Positions 12,265-24,722 of a stretch of 64,000 nt of DNA are shown in pieces; position 1 is the stretch's first letter, and the number at the start of each line of letters is the position of its first letter. Position numbers and translations under genes: made by a program. Source of the stretch: Vicugna vicugna. Taxonomy: Eukaryota. The DNA lies in the NCBI GenBank assembly GCA_013265495.1, contig MU058475.1, forward strand, positions 248,001 through 312,000. The letters run 5' to 3'. A model generated the notes under the pieces. It was not told the DNA's origin. It did not search any database and was given only the letters and a program-made list of their open reading frames with translations.

Positions 12265-12696
12265 TAAATTCTCTCTAAAACTCAGTTTTTTAATACAAAA
12301 AAATGGAAATAATAATACTGCCAACTGTAAACGGTTATTGCAGATAAAATGCAATAGTTATTGAAGGATAATAATGCAAACTTTAGCATGTACCTGCCAC
12401 ATGGTAAATGTTTAAGAAATAATTTTTGAAAATTATGTATTCTTATATGCCTCTCAGAAACTTTATAAAAACAAGTCATTATATCGGCAAACAAATGAAT
12501 ATGTTTGTGAGATTTTTTTGGGGGGGTACTTACTTAGACTGGCAAAATATTTTTCAGCCTGAAAAGCTGTAGTACTGAGTAGAGGAAAGAGCATGGCCTT
12601 TGGAGTTGGATAGACTTGGTCTCAGCATTCAACGTGCAAGTTACGAGCTGTGTAAACTTGAACTGTGACTCTTTCTGGCTCCCTCGGAGTGCCCTC

Positions 12697-13200
12697 AGGG
12701 GAGAAAATGTTTGCAAAGCCTGTATCTGATAAGGGTTTAATATCCAGATTATATAATGAGCACGTATAACTCAATACTAAAACAACAACCCAATTCAAAT
12801 TGGTCAAAAGACTTGAACAGACATTTCTCCAGAGAAGCAATTTGAATGGCCAATATGCACATGAAAAGTGATGCTGAACATCGCTGGTCATTAGGGAAAT
12901 GCAAATCAGAACCACGATGAGACGCCATTTCCCACCCACTAGGATGGATAGAACCAAAACAGAGGAAAATCACAAGTGTTGATGAAGATGTGGGGAAATT
13001 GGAGCCCTTTTACATTGCTGGGAGGATGTATGTAAAACGGTATGGCCACTGTGGGAAACATCATGGTGGTTCCTCAAAAAGCTAAATATAGATAACCAAA
13101 TGAGCCCCAGAGAATTGAAAACAGGGGCTCAGCAAATATTTGTACTCCAACGTTCACAGCAACATTATTCACAACAGCCAAAAGGCGGAAAGAACCCAGT
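12697..13200 (+). mobile_element. Old L1 ORF2 3' fragment
   Basis: gggagaaaatgtttgcaaa..atctgataagggtttaatatccaga; attagggaaatgcaaatcagaaccacgatgaga. Confidence 0.85.
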
Positions 13201-13502
13201 TATTCCAGGCAGGCTCAGTGCCAGATAGAACCAGCAGCTTGCCTTCACACATGCCTGCAGCATCTGCTTTATTTATGTTTAATTTTCTTTGGAATGCTTT
13301 CCAGTTTTCAGTGTACACATTTCCCCTTTCCTTTGCTAGATGTATTCCCGAGGATTTTTTCCCCCATGATAGCATAACTGGAATTGTTTTCTTAATTTCC
13401 TTTTGGGTTATTCATTACCAGTGTCTAGAAATGCAATTGATTTTTAACTGTTGATTTTTGTATCCTGCACCTTTTCAGAACTCATTTATTAACTCTAATA
13501 GG

Positions 13503-13589
13503 ATTTTTAAAATTTCAAGGTGTTTTATTTTTTTTAAAAAACAGGTCACAACACTAAGCTTCTAGCCCATTCTGCCAATGCACAAGCTA
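13503..13589 (-). pseudogene. Very short retroposed mRNA-like 3' tail (source unidentified)
   Basis: Non-L1 insert with minus-strand AATAAA (13524-13529), decayed A tail, TSD ctaatagg (13495-13502) / ctaacagg (13590-13597). Confidence 0.55.
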
Positions 13590-14340
13590 CTAACAGGTTT
13601 TGTTTTTGTTTTGTTTTGTTTTGAGTGGAATTTTTGTTTTCTACCTATAGGATCATGTCATACGTAAACAAAGATAATTTTACTTTTTCCTTTCCATTTA
13701 ATGCTTTTAATTTATTTTTCTTGACTAACCTTTTTTGGCTAGAATTTTCAGTACTAAGTTGAATAGAAATAGTGAAAGTGGACATCTCTGTCTTGTTCTC
13801 ATTTGAGTGGAAAAGCTTTATTTATTCACCATTAAGTATAATGTTAGTTGTAACTTTTTCATGTATGGTCTTTATTATACTGAAAAAGTTTCTTCTACTC
13901 CTAGTTTATTGAATGTTTTTGTCATGAAATGGTATTGAATTTTTTCATATTTTTTTCTGCATCAATTGAGATAATCATGAGGGTTTTTTCCCTGCCTTTA
14001 TTCTAATAATGTGGTGTATTCATTGATTTTTTTGTATGCTGAGCCATCCTTGCATTCCAAGAATAAATCCCACTTGGCCACAATATATTTCCTTTGAAAA
14101 TGCTGCTGAATTTGGTTTGCCAATATTTTGTTGAGGATTTCGCATCATATTCAAGAAGGTTATTGGTCTACAGTTTTCTTGTGATGTCTTTACCTGACTT
14201 TGTATCAGAATAATGCTGGCTTCATAGAATGAGTTAGAAGGTATTCCTTCCTCTATTTTCTGGAAGTATTTTAGAAAAATTGATATTAATTCTTCTTTAA
14301 ATGTTTGATAGAATTCACTAGTGAAGCCAACTGATGCACT

Positions 14341-14677
14341 TTTTTTTAAAGCAATATTTGTGAATTGCAAATTAATGGCCAAAAAAAGAGAACTTATTTA
14401 CCAGCCCTCAGCTGTGTTTGCACAAGGGGTCCTTGGACTAAAGGTATGGGTTTTGCTGGGCCATGTTGCCCTGGGTGCCAAGCCTTGAACGGCATCTGCG
14501 CTCCTTTCCTGTCATTGATCTGATCCCCAGCATGGTTGTGGGTTTTTTTTGTTGTTGTTCCAGTCAAACCAGTATTAGTTTCCAGAAAATCTGGCAGCTT
14601 GTAATGCCCAAAGTGTAAAAATCTGTATTTCACAGCTATATGAAGTAAAGGCTTTAGTAAAAATATTTCAAGAAAAA
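14341..14677 (+). pseudogene. Non-L1 insert resembling an mRNA 3' UTR fragment (source unidentified)
   Basis: Interrupts L1 ORF2 between gtgaagcca.. and tttgttgagaggtttttgatt; ends with AGTAAA hexamers and aagaaaaa; no clear TSD. Confidence 0.4.
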
Positions 14678-16296
14678 TTTGTTGAGAGGTTTTTGATTAT
14701 TGATTTAATAGCTTTACTTGTTATAGTTCTATTCAAAATTTCTATTTCATCTTGAGTCAGTTTAAGTAATTTGCATGTTTCTAGGACTTTTTTTAAAATT
14801 TTATCTAGGTTATCCAATTTATTGGCATACAATTGTTCATAGCACCCTCTTATAATCCTTTTTATTTCTGTTAAAGTGATAATAATTTCCTCACTTTCCT
14901 TTCTAATTTTAGTTATTAATGTATTCTCTGTTTTCCTCTTTGCCATTCTAGTGAATGGTTTGCCAATTCTGTTGATCTTCTAAATAACCAACTTTGGTTT
15001 TGTTGATTCTATTATTTTTCCATTTTCTATTTCTTCTATCTTTACTTTAGTCTTTATTATTTCCTTCCTTCTGCTAGCTGTGGGTTTATTTTGCTCTGTT
15101 TTCTAGCTCCTGTAGGCGTAGAATTAGATTGATGATTTGGGCTCTTCTTTTTTAATGTAAGTGTTCTCAGCAGTTATTTCCCTCCTGGTACTATTTTTAT
15201 TGCATCACGTAAGTTTTGGTGTGTTGTGCTTTCATTTCCATTTGTGTTTCAAGGTATTTCTAATTTCCCTGTGACTTCTTATTTTATCCATTGGTTATTT
15301 AAGAATGTGTGGTGTAATTTCTACATTATTTGTAATTTTTTTCCAGTTTTCCCTGTTACTGATTCTATCCCATTGTAGTTGAAAGAGATGCTTTGTATAA
15401 TTTCAGTCTTTTAAAATTTATTAAGATTTATTTTGCGATCTAACATATGACCTATCCTGGAGATTTTACCATGTACAGTTGAGAAAAATGTGTATTCTGC
15501 TGTTGTTGGGTTGAGTGTTCTGTATATACTAGATCTAATTAATTTATTGTGTTGTTCAAGTCCTCTATTTCCTTATTGATCTTCCATCAGGTTGTTTTAT
15601 CCATTATTGAAAATAGAGTATTGAAGTCTCCAACTGTTATTGTACAAATGTCTATTTCTATTATTTCTTCTTATATTTTGAGCTCTTTTCTTAGATAGTT
15701 ATATGTTTATTTTTGCTATATATAGCTATATCCAACCTTTTATCAACATATAATTTTTTTTGTCCCTTGTTACTTTTTTTCATTTAAATCCTGTTTTGTC
15801 TGACAATAATATGAAGCCACCTCAGCTCTCTTTTTATCACTAGCTGCATATCTGAATATCTTTTCCCATCCTTTTACATTCAACATCTTTGTGTCCTAAT
15901 GTGAGTCTCCTGTAGATAGTGTTACAGATGGATCCTGTTTTTTTAAATCCAATCTGCCAATCTCTCTGCTTTTTAATAGCTGAGTTAATTCCATTTAAAG
16001 TGATCACCAGTAAAGAAGAATTTGGTTCTGCAACTTACTTACTTATTTTCTGTACGTCATAATTTTTGCTCTCATTTCCTCTATTACTGCCCTTTTTGGT
16101 ATTTAGCTTATTTTTTGTAATATATTATTTTGATTCTTCTTTCTTTTTCTGTATATTTTTAAGCTATTTCCTTAGTGGCTACCTTGGAGATTACTATTAA
16201 CACCTTAAACTTATAACAACCTAATTTGAATAACATCAACTTAGTTTCAATAGTGTATAAACACTCTATTCATATACATCAGTCTCTCCCCTTTAT

Positions 16297-16488
16297 ATAT
16301 ATATATATATTTAAGTTATTTTTATTATAAACAGCTACACATGGATGTGTCTCACTTATTTTTTGTTTGGAGTGTGGGGAGGTAATTAGGTTTATCTATT
16401 TATTTTTAGAGGAGGCACTGGGGATTGAACCCAGCACCTTGTGCGTGCTAAGCATGCGCTGTACCACTTGAGCTATACCCTCCCCCTG
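16297..16488 (-). mobile_element. Camelid SINE with extra 3' sequence and (TA)n tail
   Basis: SINE body ~16360-16488; perfect 11-bp TSD ctcccctttat (16286-16296 / 16489-16499). Confidence 0.9.
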
Positions 16489-17603
16489 CTCCCCTTTATG
16501 TTGCTATTGTCACAAATTACATCTTTATGCATTTTATGTCCATTAACATAGATTTATAACTATTGTTTAGCACATTTGCCTATTAAATCATATAGGGAAA
16601 AGAGAGACTTTATAAACCATACCAAAAGTACAGTAATACTGGCTTTTATTTTTATTGTTATTTTTTAATATTTACCTACGTACATTTATTAGTGTTCTTT
16701 AATTTTCTTATGGCTTTGAGTTAGTCTCTAGTGTGATTATGAACTAACTGAGAGTCACTTCTCTCTTTTGCTTTTAATATTCTCTGTCTTTGGATTTTGA
16801 CACTTTGCTTATAATATCTCTAGGTATGGGTCTCGTGGTGTTTATTTTATTAGTGTTTGTTGAGTTTATAGGATTTATAGATTCATGTCTTTGATGAAAT
16901 GTGGAAAGCTTTCAGACATTATTACTTCAAATGTTTTTTCTGCTTTTTTTCTCTTTCTTCTCCTTCTGAGAGTTTTATAATGTGTATGTTAGTCTACTTG
17001 GTAGTGTCCCACTGTGCACTATGCATGGTTCACATTCTTTCTTTTTTCTTTCTGTTTCTCAGACATGATAAGTTCAATAGTCCTATCCTCAAGTTTGCTG
17101 ATTCTTTCTTCTGTGTACTCAAATCTTCTGTTGAGCCCTCTAGTGAAATTTCATTTCAGTTATTGTACTTTTCAGCTCCAGAACTTCTCTTTTGTTTCTT
17201 TTTATAATTTATGTATTTTTATTATTATCTTTCTGTTCTTATGTTGTGTTTCTGATTTTCTTTTGTGCTTTGCAAATGTTTTTCTTCAGTGGTTTGATTA
17301 TATGTTAGAGAATTTAAAAATCTTTGTTTAATAGGTTTGACTCCTGGCCTTCCTCAGGGGTTGTTACACTCAGTTAGTTTTAGTCCCATCAGGGAGCCAT
17401 ACGTTCACGTTTCTTTGTATGCCTTTCGATTTTTCACTGAAAACTGGACACCTGACTATTAGAATGTGGTAAATCTGGAAATCAAATTCTTCCCCTTCCT
17501 CAGGCCTTTTTGGTGGTTGAAAGCTATAGCATAGTTGTTTAGTGACATTCCCGAAGCATTATTTCAAAGACTTCATTTATGTCAATGTGGGTAGTAAAGT
17601 CTC

Positions 17604-18021
17604 TGTCAGCCAAGGGCAGCTGAAGAGGGATCCGAGGAGGTGAGCTGCCCGACGGGAAAAATGCACATGGAGCCAACATGGAGCAAAATAGCACTTTATT
17701 GCAGTACAAGCGGGTGGCGCTTGTAGCGGGCGATGGTGGCGGCAGTGCTCAGCACTTTCTTCTAATTTAACAAGATGGTGCCTCCTCACCGTGGCGCATT
17801 TGTCCTGCTTTTATCTGCTTTCTGCCTGCGCATGCACAGTGTTCATTTTTTTGTTCATGAGGCTTACATAACACCACTAGTGCATGCATACTTTTACTTT
17901 CTTTGTTTTAAAACTTACATAACCAGCGCATTTATACAATCATCATTTATTTTATACTACAAGCATGTTGTTGTGACCTTGGCCTTTGGCCCCATGGCCT
18001 ACTCATCCAAGGTCATTGACA
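17604..18021 (-). mobile_element. Solo ERV LTR, 418 bp, CpG-retaining
   Basis: TGTCA...TGACA inverted termini, 5-bp TSD gtctc (17599-17603 / 18022-18026), minus-strand AATAAA at 17695-17700. Confidence 0.85.
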
Positions 18022-18819
18022 GTCTCTGTTCCTTAGCTTGAATTCAGCTAGAGTTTTGATAGAGAATTCTTTGAATGCCCAGAGTGCTCCAACTCTTTAC
18101 AAATTCATTCTGTGCCAGGATTCTCCTTCAGCTTAGCCAGGGTTGCACTGTGCCTAGGGATCATCAGTACAAGGTGAAAGCTTAGGGTCTTCTTAGGTCT
18201 TTTCTGAGATTGTATCTTGCCTTAGGCATCCGTATATCTACATAGATTCCCTGGTTGCTTTTGAATGCCCTAACTTCCTGGAGAAACTCTCCACAGCTTT
18301 TGCCTTAGGTTGTCAATTGTATGTTGTACTGTAATCTTTTCCCCTAGGCATCTGAAGGTTGTTAAACCTGCTTTGTTTTTTAGCTTTTTGGCCTCAGTTC
18401 TGATGAGGTAAAACAGAGAGAGGTATGAGATTTTCAGGTAGCCTCCAGCAGGTTAGATGAGACATGTTGCTCAGATATAAGTGGCGTACACAGTAATTTG
18501 CAAATAAAGTGTGCTCTGCTCCCTCTAGAACCAGAGAAATGTTTCTACACTGAGAGCTCGGGCTATTACGTCTTTAAGCTTGCTGTCACTTTAAGGTTGT
18601 TGCCACTTGAAGACCATTGCTGCTTTAAGACTTCTGTTGCCACTTTAAGACTGCTGTGACACAGGAGAAGGGGTGGGGAAGGACTTATCAAATAGCTAGA
18701 AAAACTGCTTACAGTTTTGAAGAGCCATTTTCTTGATTCAGTTCTCGTTGTTTGCTGTAAACTTTAGACTGTTTTCCAGAACCCCTACAAATTTGTTCTC
18801 ATATTTCTGCTTGTTTTTT

Positions 18820-19560
18820 TAAAAAATTGTAGTATATTCAGTTTACAATGTGTGTCAATTTCTGATGTACAACATGTTTCAGTCATACTTATACATACAT
18901 ATATTCCTTTTCATATTCTTTTTCATGATAGGTTACTGTAAGATATTGAATGTAGTTCCCTGTGCTATACAGAAGAAACTTGTTGCTTATCTATTTTATG
19001 CATAGTAGTTAGTATCTGCAAATCTCAAACTCCCAATTTATCCCTTCTCTCATTCTTTCTCCCCGGTAACTATAAGTTCGTTTTCTATGTCTGTGAGTCT
19101 GTTTCTGTTTTGTGAATAAGTTCATTTGTCTTTTTTTTTTTTTTTAGATTCCATATATTAGTGATATCATATGGTATTTTTCTTTCTCTTTATGGCTTAC
19201 TTCACTTAGAATGAAAATCTCCAGGTCCATGAATGTTGCTGCAAATGGCATTATTTTATTTTTTTTATGGTTGAGTAGTATTCCGTTGTAGAAATATACC
19301 ACAAATTCTTTATCCAGTCATCTGTCGATGGGCATTTAGGCTGTTTCCATGTCTTGGCTATTGTAAATAGTGCTGCTATGAACACTGGGGTATATGTATC
19401 TTTTCAAATTAGAGTTCCCTCTGGATGGGATTGCTGGATCATAGGGTAAGTGTAGTTTTAGTTTTTTGAGGAATTTCCATACTGTTTTCCATCATGGCTG
19501 TACCAAACTACATTCCCACCAACAGTGTAGAAGGGTTCCCTTTTCTCCACACCTTCTCTG
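18820..19560 (-). mobile_element. 5'-truncated younger LINE-1
   Basis: L1 3' UTR plus ORF2 end; 14-bp TSD tctgcttgtttttt (18806-18819 / 19561-19574). Confidence 0.95.
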
Positions 19561-19939
19561 TCTGCTTGTTTTTTAATATTTCTGTTAGGAGGGAATGAGA
19601 CCTTGAGGCTTCCCATTCTGCCATTTTGCTGACATCATTCTGCTATTTGTTTTTTGCATCCAGACTTTCTTTTGTAATATAACATTCCTTAAAAAGCATC
19701 TGTAATGGTATGCCTATATTGATTTCCAGGTTAAGAATATGTACTTTCTTCCTAATATTACAGGTTGAGATATCAATGTCCCAGGTGGGGCTGGCTGTGC
19801 TCTGGAGTAATGGCTGTCCCCATGGTCTCTGCAATGTCCATCAAGTGGTGACCCTCCTCCCATCACTAGAAGTCTCAACATTTTCAGCCAGACAGCAATG
19901 TGCATGCCTTTATCTGCAGCCCAGATGAGCACGTTGTAA

Positions 19940-20190
19940 AATGAATTCATTTGAAAACCATTTATTGAGGGCCTACCGTATGTCAAGCACTGTGGAAGGC
20001 GCTGAGATATAACTGGGGATAGAGCAGAGGCTCCATGCTAGAGGAACTTGCTTCTAGTTAGAGAAACAGGTGGTAAGCGAACAGTTTCAGGACAACAGGA
20101 GACTGCCATGAAGGGGGCATGTAGAGAGTCCTGTGAAAGCACAAAGCAGGAGCTTCCTGGAGTTGAATCTTGAAAATTGGTTGGAAGTTG
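19940..20190 (-). mobile_element. LINE-2 fragment
   Basis: catttattgagggcctaccgtatgtcaagcactgtg. Confidence 0.65.
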
Positions 20191-20330
20191 GCTCAATGAA
20201 GATGGGAAGATGGCCAGATGGAAAACTCATGGCAGATCCTGAATTAAAACCTAGGCTTCCTGAGTCCCAGTTCAGGATTTTTCTTGCTTATCCAAGTTTT
20301 AGAGTCTCATCTAAAGTAGACTCACTTTCT

Positions 20331-20956
20331 TGTTAGAGCAGGCAGGTAGCTAGATATGAGTACACAGGCCAAATGGCAGGAATTGGCAAAAAGGAGGGGC
20401 ACAGGCCCAATGCAGGAAACCCTCCATCACGTAAACAACAGGGGTCCCTGGGCAGAGAAAGAAAAGCAGGAACCTCTGGGCTGATAAGCGGTCACACATT
20501 CTGGGGTAACAGGAAGCCTGGCGACCCATAAAGAAAGGCGGAATAAGGCAGGAACCTCCAGCAACTGAATGTAACCTTTTGTTCATGATGCCCTCATTTC
20601 AATAAAATTAGCCTTGCAGATTAGAAGTACCCATCATGCACTGACGCAATGACACTTCCCATCCAGAAAGCGTCAAAAATCCCTGCTCCTCTCGGGAAGG
20701 TGGAGCTGGGATGAAAATCAGGGAACATGACTCCAAAACCCTCCCTCCCCAGTGAATATTCTGCCCATTCATTTTTACACCCTATGTAACCAACTTGCTA
20801 AAGAAACTCAGGGCAACTGCTCACCTGAGCCTGCCCGCTCTCCCCTTGAGAGTATACTGTCCATCCCTTAATAAATCCTCGCTTTACTGTCTTAACCTCC
20901 ACGTCTTGTCTCTGAATTCTTCCTACAACTGGACAAGAACCTAGTCACCAGCAACA
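20331..20956 (+). mobile_element. Solo ERV1-type LTR, 626 bp
   Basis: TGTT...AACA termini, 4-bp TSD ttct (20327-20330 / 20957-20960), AATAAA near 20870, U5-like tctgaattcttcc. Confidence 0.9.
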
Positions 20957-21737
20957 TTCTCATTAAATCTGGTGGGGCTTTTTTTTTTCCTTTCTTTCTC
21001 TAGGAAGGCTTGTTGGAAAATGAGGAGTTTTGTTCTACTTGAGTGGCTCATCCATTAAAAGTGACTATAATCACTGCTCTAGGCGTCCGCCTCCTCGGTC
21101 GAATGTAGTCCGACAGAGTCTGTGTCCTGGTCTTTCTCACACTGCGATCCACCGTTTCACCCAGTGTCTGACACAGCTTGACAAGCTGTTTGTTTAGTGG
21201 CTTCTAGAAGTGAGACCTGAGTGCTTGCTCAGTTCTAAGGGACTGGTCTCTACTGGAAGGGTAAAGCCAGGCAGCCTCCATGTCACTCATTCCCCCTGGA
21301 ATCAGATGAGTGGGCGGGGTGGGATGGGGACCTGCCAGCCTAGCAGAACAGCCGGGTCCTGTCTCCCTGCACCTGAAAGTGGGACGAGGCCGATTCCAGG
21401 GGCTGATATGGCCAGCAGTAGGGGCCAAGTGCTCGCAGAGCACTCGCAGAACCAGGCTGCAGTGATGCTCAGTGGGACAAAGCAGTAAGCAGGCTGAAAT
21501 TACGGGGGAGCAGAAACCCTGGGCAACCAGGGAAAGCCATACATAGGGAGAATCCGGGGCCGGCATACAGAGAGAGACGGGAGACGGCATCGCAGTGTGG
21601 CGGGAGGGGGAGGGTGCCCCTCGCCCTCCTGTTCCCTCGAGGCAAGGCTGTATTCTTACAGCTGGGTTCTGTCCGATTGCTCCGCATCTTAAACCTGGTA
21701 ATAAAGCTTTGGCTGGAGTTATCTTGTGTGGGTTCCT

Positions 21738-21815
21738 TTTTTTTCTTTTTGCAGGGGGTAGGTAATTAGGTTTAAACATTTATTTATTTAGGTTTTCAGT
21801 GGAGGTACTGGGGAT
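21738..21815 (-). mobile_element. 5'-truncated camelid SINE
   Basis: Only the 3' half is present; TSD ttgtgtgggttcct (21724-21737) / ttgtgtgggtttct (21816-21829). Confidence 0.85.
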
Positions 21816-23904
21816 TTGTGTGGGTTTCTGATCTCCCGACAGAAACCGTCCCTGATTACAGCAGTCCCTCCGCAGTTTCTCCCCGGGCCCTTTGGCCGAC
21901 GTCTTCCCTGCCGTCCGGCCTGAGAGGGAAGGGGCTGCCGTCAGTCTCTGGGAGCTCCTTCCCCAGCTGCCGTGAAGGCACCTTGCACTGACTGGGGCTT
22001 GGAGGCAATGACCCTGCTTTCTCCTGTGGAGGCAGAGCAGCCTCTGGGGTGAGCGGGGCCCACCTGCCGGCCGTTCCACGCGCGCTGTGGGTTAGCATTG
22101 GATTGCCTGCCACCCAGAGGCGGTCATTAACTGAAAGCAGAGCTTTTACTAATAGGATGTACGTGTGATGGGCTGGGAAGTGTACCCGACCGGGAGCCAG
22201 GGGGACAGCGCGCCCCTACTCATCTACTGATGCTCCGACGACTCTGAGCGCAGCGTCGGATTCTAACGCCCTGCCTCCCTCCTGCACCGGCTCCAACAAG
22301 GCAAGTCCATGAAAGCTCTTTGAGAAAGTACAGGGTGTGCCATCCTGAGATACACGAAGATATCTGGCTGGTAGGAACCAGAAAGGGCTAACTTCCCTCC
22401 TGTATATCTTATCACGGACCCACCGCAGGACCACTGGAGGGGAGTTCAGAGACTGGAGGAGCCCTAGACCTCAGTTCTGGCTGCACTTGGAATCTCGGTG
22501 CAGCTTTGCACACCCAAGGGCCACGGCTCACACAGAAATTCCCGGGCAGTGCTGGGTGGCCGGCTGAGAACTTGTTCTGGGGCCCTTTCTCCCGCTGGGA
22601 GCAGTGTTCTGTGGGAGGCAGGCCTAGGTGGGCTCCAGGCGGATCGTGGGGTCAGAGCTGCTTGAAGAGGCAGCATGTCCCACGGTGCCCGGCTGGGCAC
22701 AGACCCGAGCTCATCCTCCCTTTTGCTGGTCACACTGCTGGGAGCCAGGAGGAGAGAGGAGGCATCTGGACTAGCAGGCTGTAGCTGCTGGGTGGCTACC
22801 CCAGGGGATGAGTTGGCAGGTGATGTCTGGATTAATTTGCAGCGGGAGAGGGGGCCAGGGCGGCCTTCGCCATCTGCCTCTCTTTGCCCCCAGCAGAACC
22901 TGCCCATTGGTGAGCAGCGCAGCTGGGGGAGGCAGTCAGATTTGATAAACATCTGGTCCTATGGAGACAGAGCCCTTCGGATTTTTCCATTAAGCCAAAG
23001 GCAGGCTTTTATTTTCAAGATATGACCCCTGGCACCTGAAAAGACAGGTGATGGGAAGTTGTCTCTTGTGTTTGTAGTTGGACTTTTGAATTTAACCATT
23101 CATTTCAAGTGGCCAGGGTATATCGAATAACAGATTTTTGACCCCTTGAGAATGAATTCTGGACTCTTCTAGAACCTTCTAAAGAATGGCCTGGCCCCTT
23201 GCTCCTCTTCAGCATCACCCCTCACATCTCACAGGTACACTGGGGTCTTCCAGGTGCACCCCTGCCCTGCACTTCCACTGTGGGCACATGGTTTTTTTTT
23301 TCTCTGCGTAGACCACCTTCATCCTGGGATGAAGTCGGGAGGAGGACTCGCCTTTGGCCGGGCTGACTAATGCGTCCTCTGAATCTCAGGTCAGGAGTCA
23401 CATTTCCTGGAAACCCTGCAGGTGCTCTCCTCCCTGTCTGGGGGAAGCCCCGGCGCAGGAAGCCCCGGTGCAGGGGGCTCACAGGTCAGCCGGAGGTCAG
23501 ACAGCTTTGCTGTGGATGTGGGCCAGTTCTGTGCCCCTCTCCACCTCCCGCTCATTTCCCTTGTGTGCGCAGCGGTGCCAACAGCATCCATCCTGCGATG
23601 ATGTGGCGGGGTTGCGTTAGCTCATCTGCACCAAGTGTTTAACAGGCCATCTGACGTTTGGTCGGCTTTCAACAAATGACCGCCACTGTCTCCTAGCGCT
23701 GCATTGGTTTAGATGTCTCCTTCAGAGACCAGCTCGGGTCCTGGCGACTGCAGATGGGGGCTCAGCAGGGGTCCAAGGGTGAGCACTTGAGGCAGAAGAA
23801 AGGAAAGCTAAGAACCTGGTCTACTGGTGTCAAATTAACAGCAATTCTAATCAATTTTGGGAACTAATAGTCACTTCTAGGCAGTACAATAAAGTACTGT
23901 ACAA

Positions 23905-24135
23905 CCATGACGGACATTTACTTCACATTTGCTGTGTTCTGGACGGGTTTCAGGTATACTCACAGTGACCCGATGCGGTAGGCCTTCTTCATTTTAATAT
24001 CACATTTTGCATTTTGCCAGTGAGGAAACGGAGTGCTGGTGTGGTTAGTAAACTCACCCTAAGGTTACGCAGCAGAACCAGGACTTCAGCCGCAGCTGCG
24101 TGGCCCCAGGATAGGTGCCCCTAACACGATGCCGC
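23905..24135 (-). mobile_element. MIR
   Basis: cattttgccagtgaggaaacggag..cacccta aggttacgcagc. Confidence 0.65.
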
Positions 24136-24629
24136 AGTGCCCTTGCCAGACTGGACTGTGAGTAAGGCACGAGCGACAGCCCCCCGCAAGTGAAGGAGGC
24201 CCCCCACCCCCCGCCGTGGCTCAGGCCTCTGCAGACCAGAGATGGGTGGGCTTCGGTCTTGGATAGGAAGCGCATCCTTCAGAGAAAGTGGCACGGTTTT
24301 AGGTCAACACCCCTAGCCGCCTACGTACTCCCAGATGGAGTCCTCAAAGCAAGAAGCTTAGGGAGATCACCTGGCAGGGAGCAGACGTGTGGGGTGGGGG
24401 GCCAGGCATGAAGAGCAGAGCTTCAGAACGGGCAGCAAAGCGGTCCCCTTCCTGCCATAAGGAGTGAGAAAGTCCTTTCAGAACTGGCCTCCGCCTCTGC
24501 CGCCAGCCCTGCAGAGGGCGCTCTTCCCTCACCTCCAGAAATTGCAGCCCCTGCCAGCCCTGTCTGCCCGTCTGGGATGCTGAGAAACGGAGCACGCCCT
24601 CTCAGAATGTCAGAGTGCTTTGCAAACTC

Positions 24630-24722
24630 CCTTCCTTCCTTCCTTCCTTCCTTCCCCTTCCTTCCCCTCCCTTCCTTCCTTCCTTCCTTCCTTCCTTCCT
24701 TCCTTCCTTCTTCTTTCTTTCT
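24630..24722. repeat. (CCTT)n microsatellite at an L1 tail
   Basis: Direct inspection. Confidence 0.95.

Larger units (their letters stand above)
13270..19640 (-). mobile_element. Large decayed L1M element (ORF2 RT/EN region through ORF1 and 5' region) hosting at least five later insertions
   Basis: Minus-strand ORF2 remnants GFTSEFYQTFKEELI..PSNSFYEASIILI and IKRIIRGCYEQLYANKLDNLD; T-rich plus strand throughout. Confidence 0.85.
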
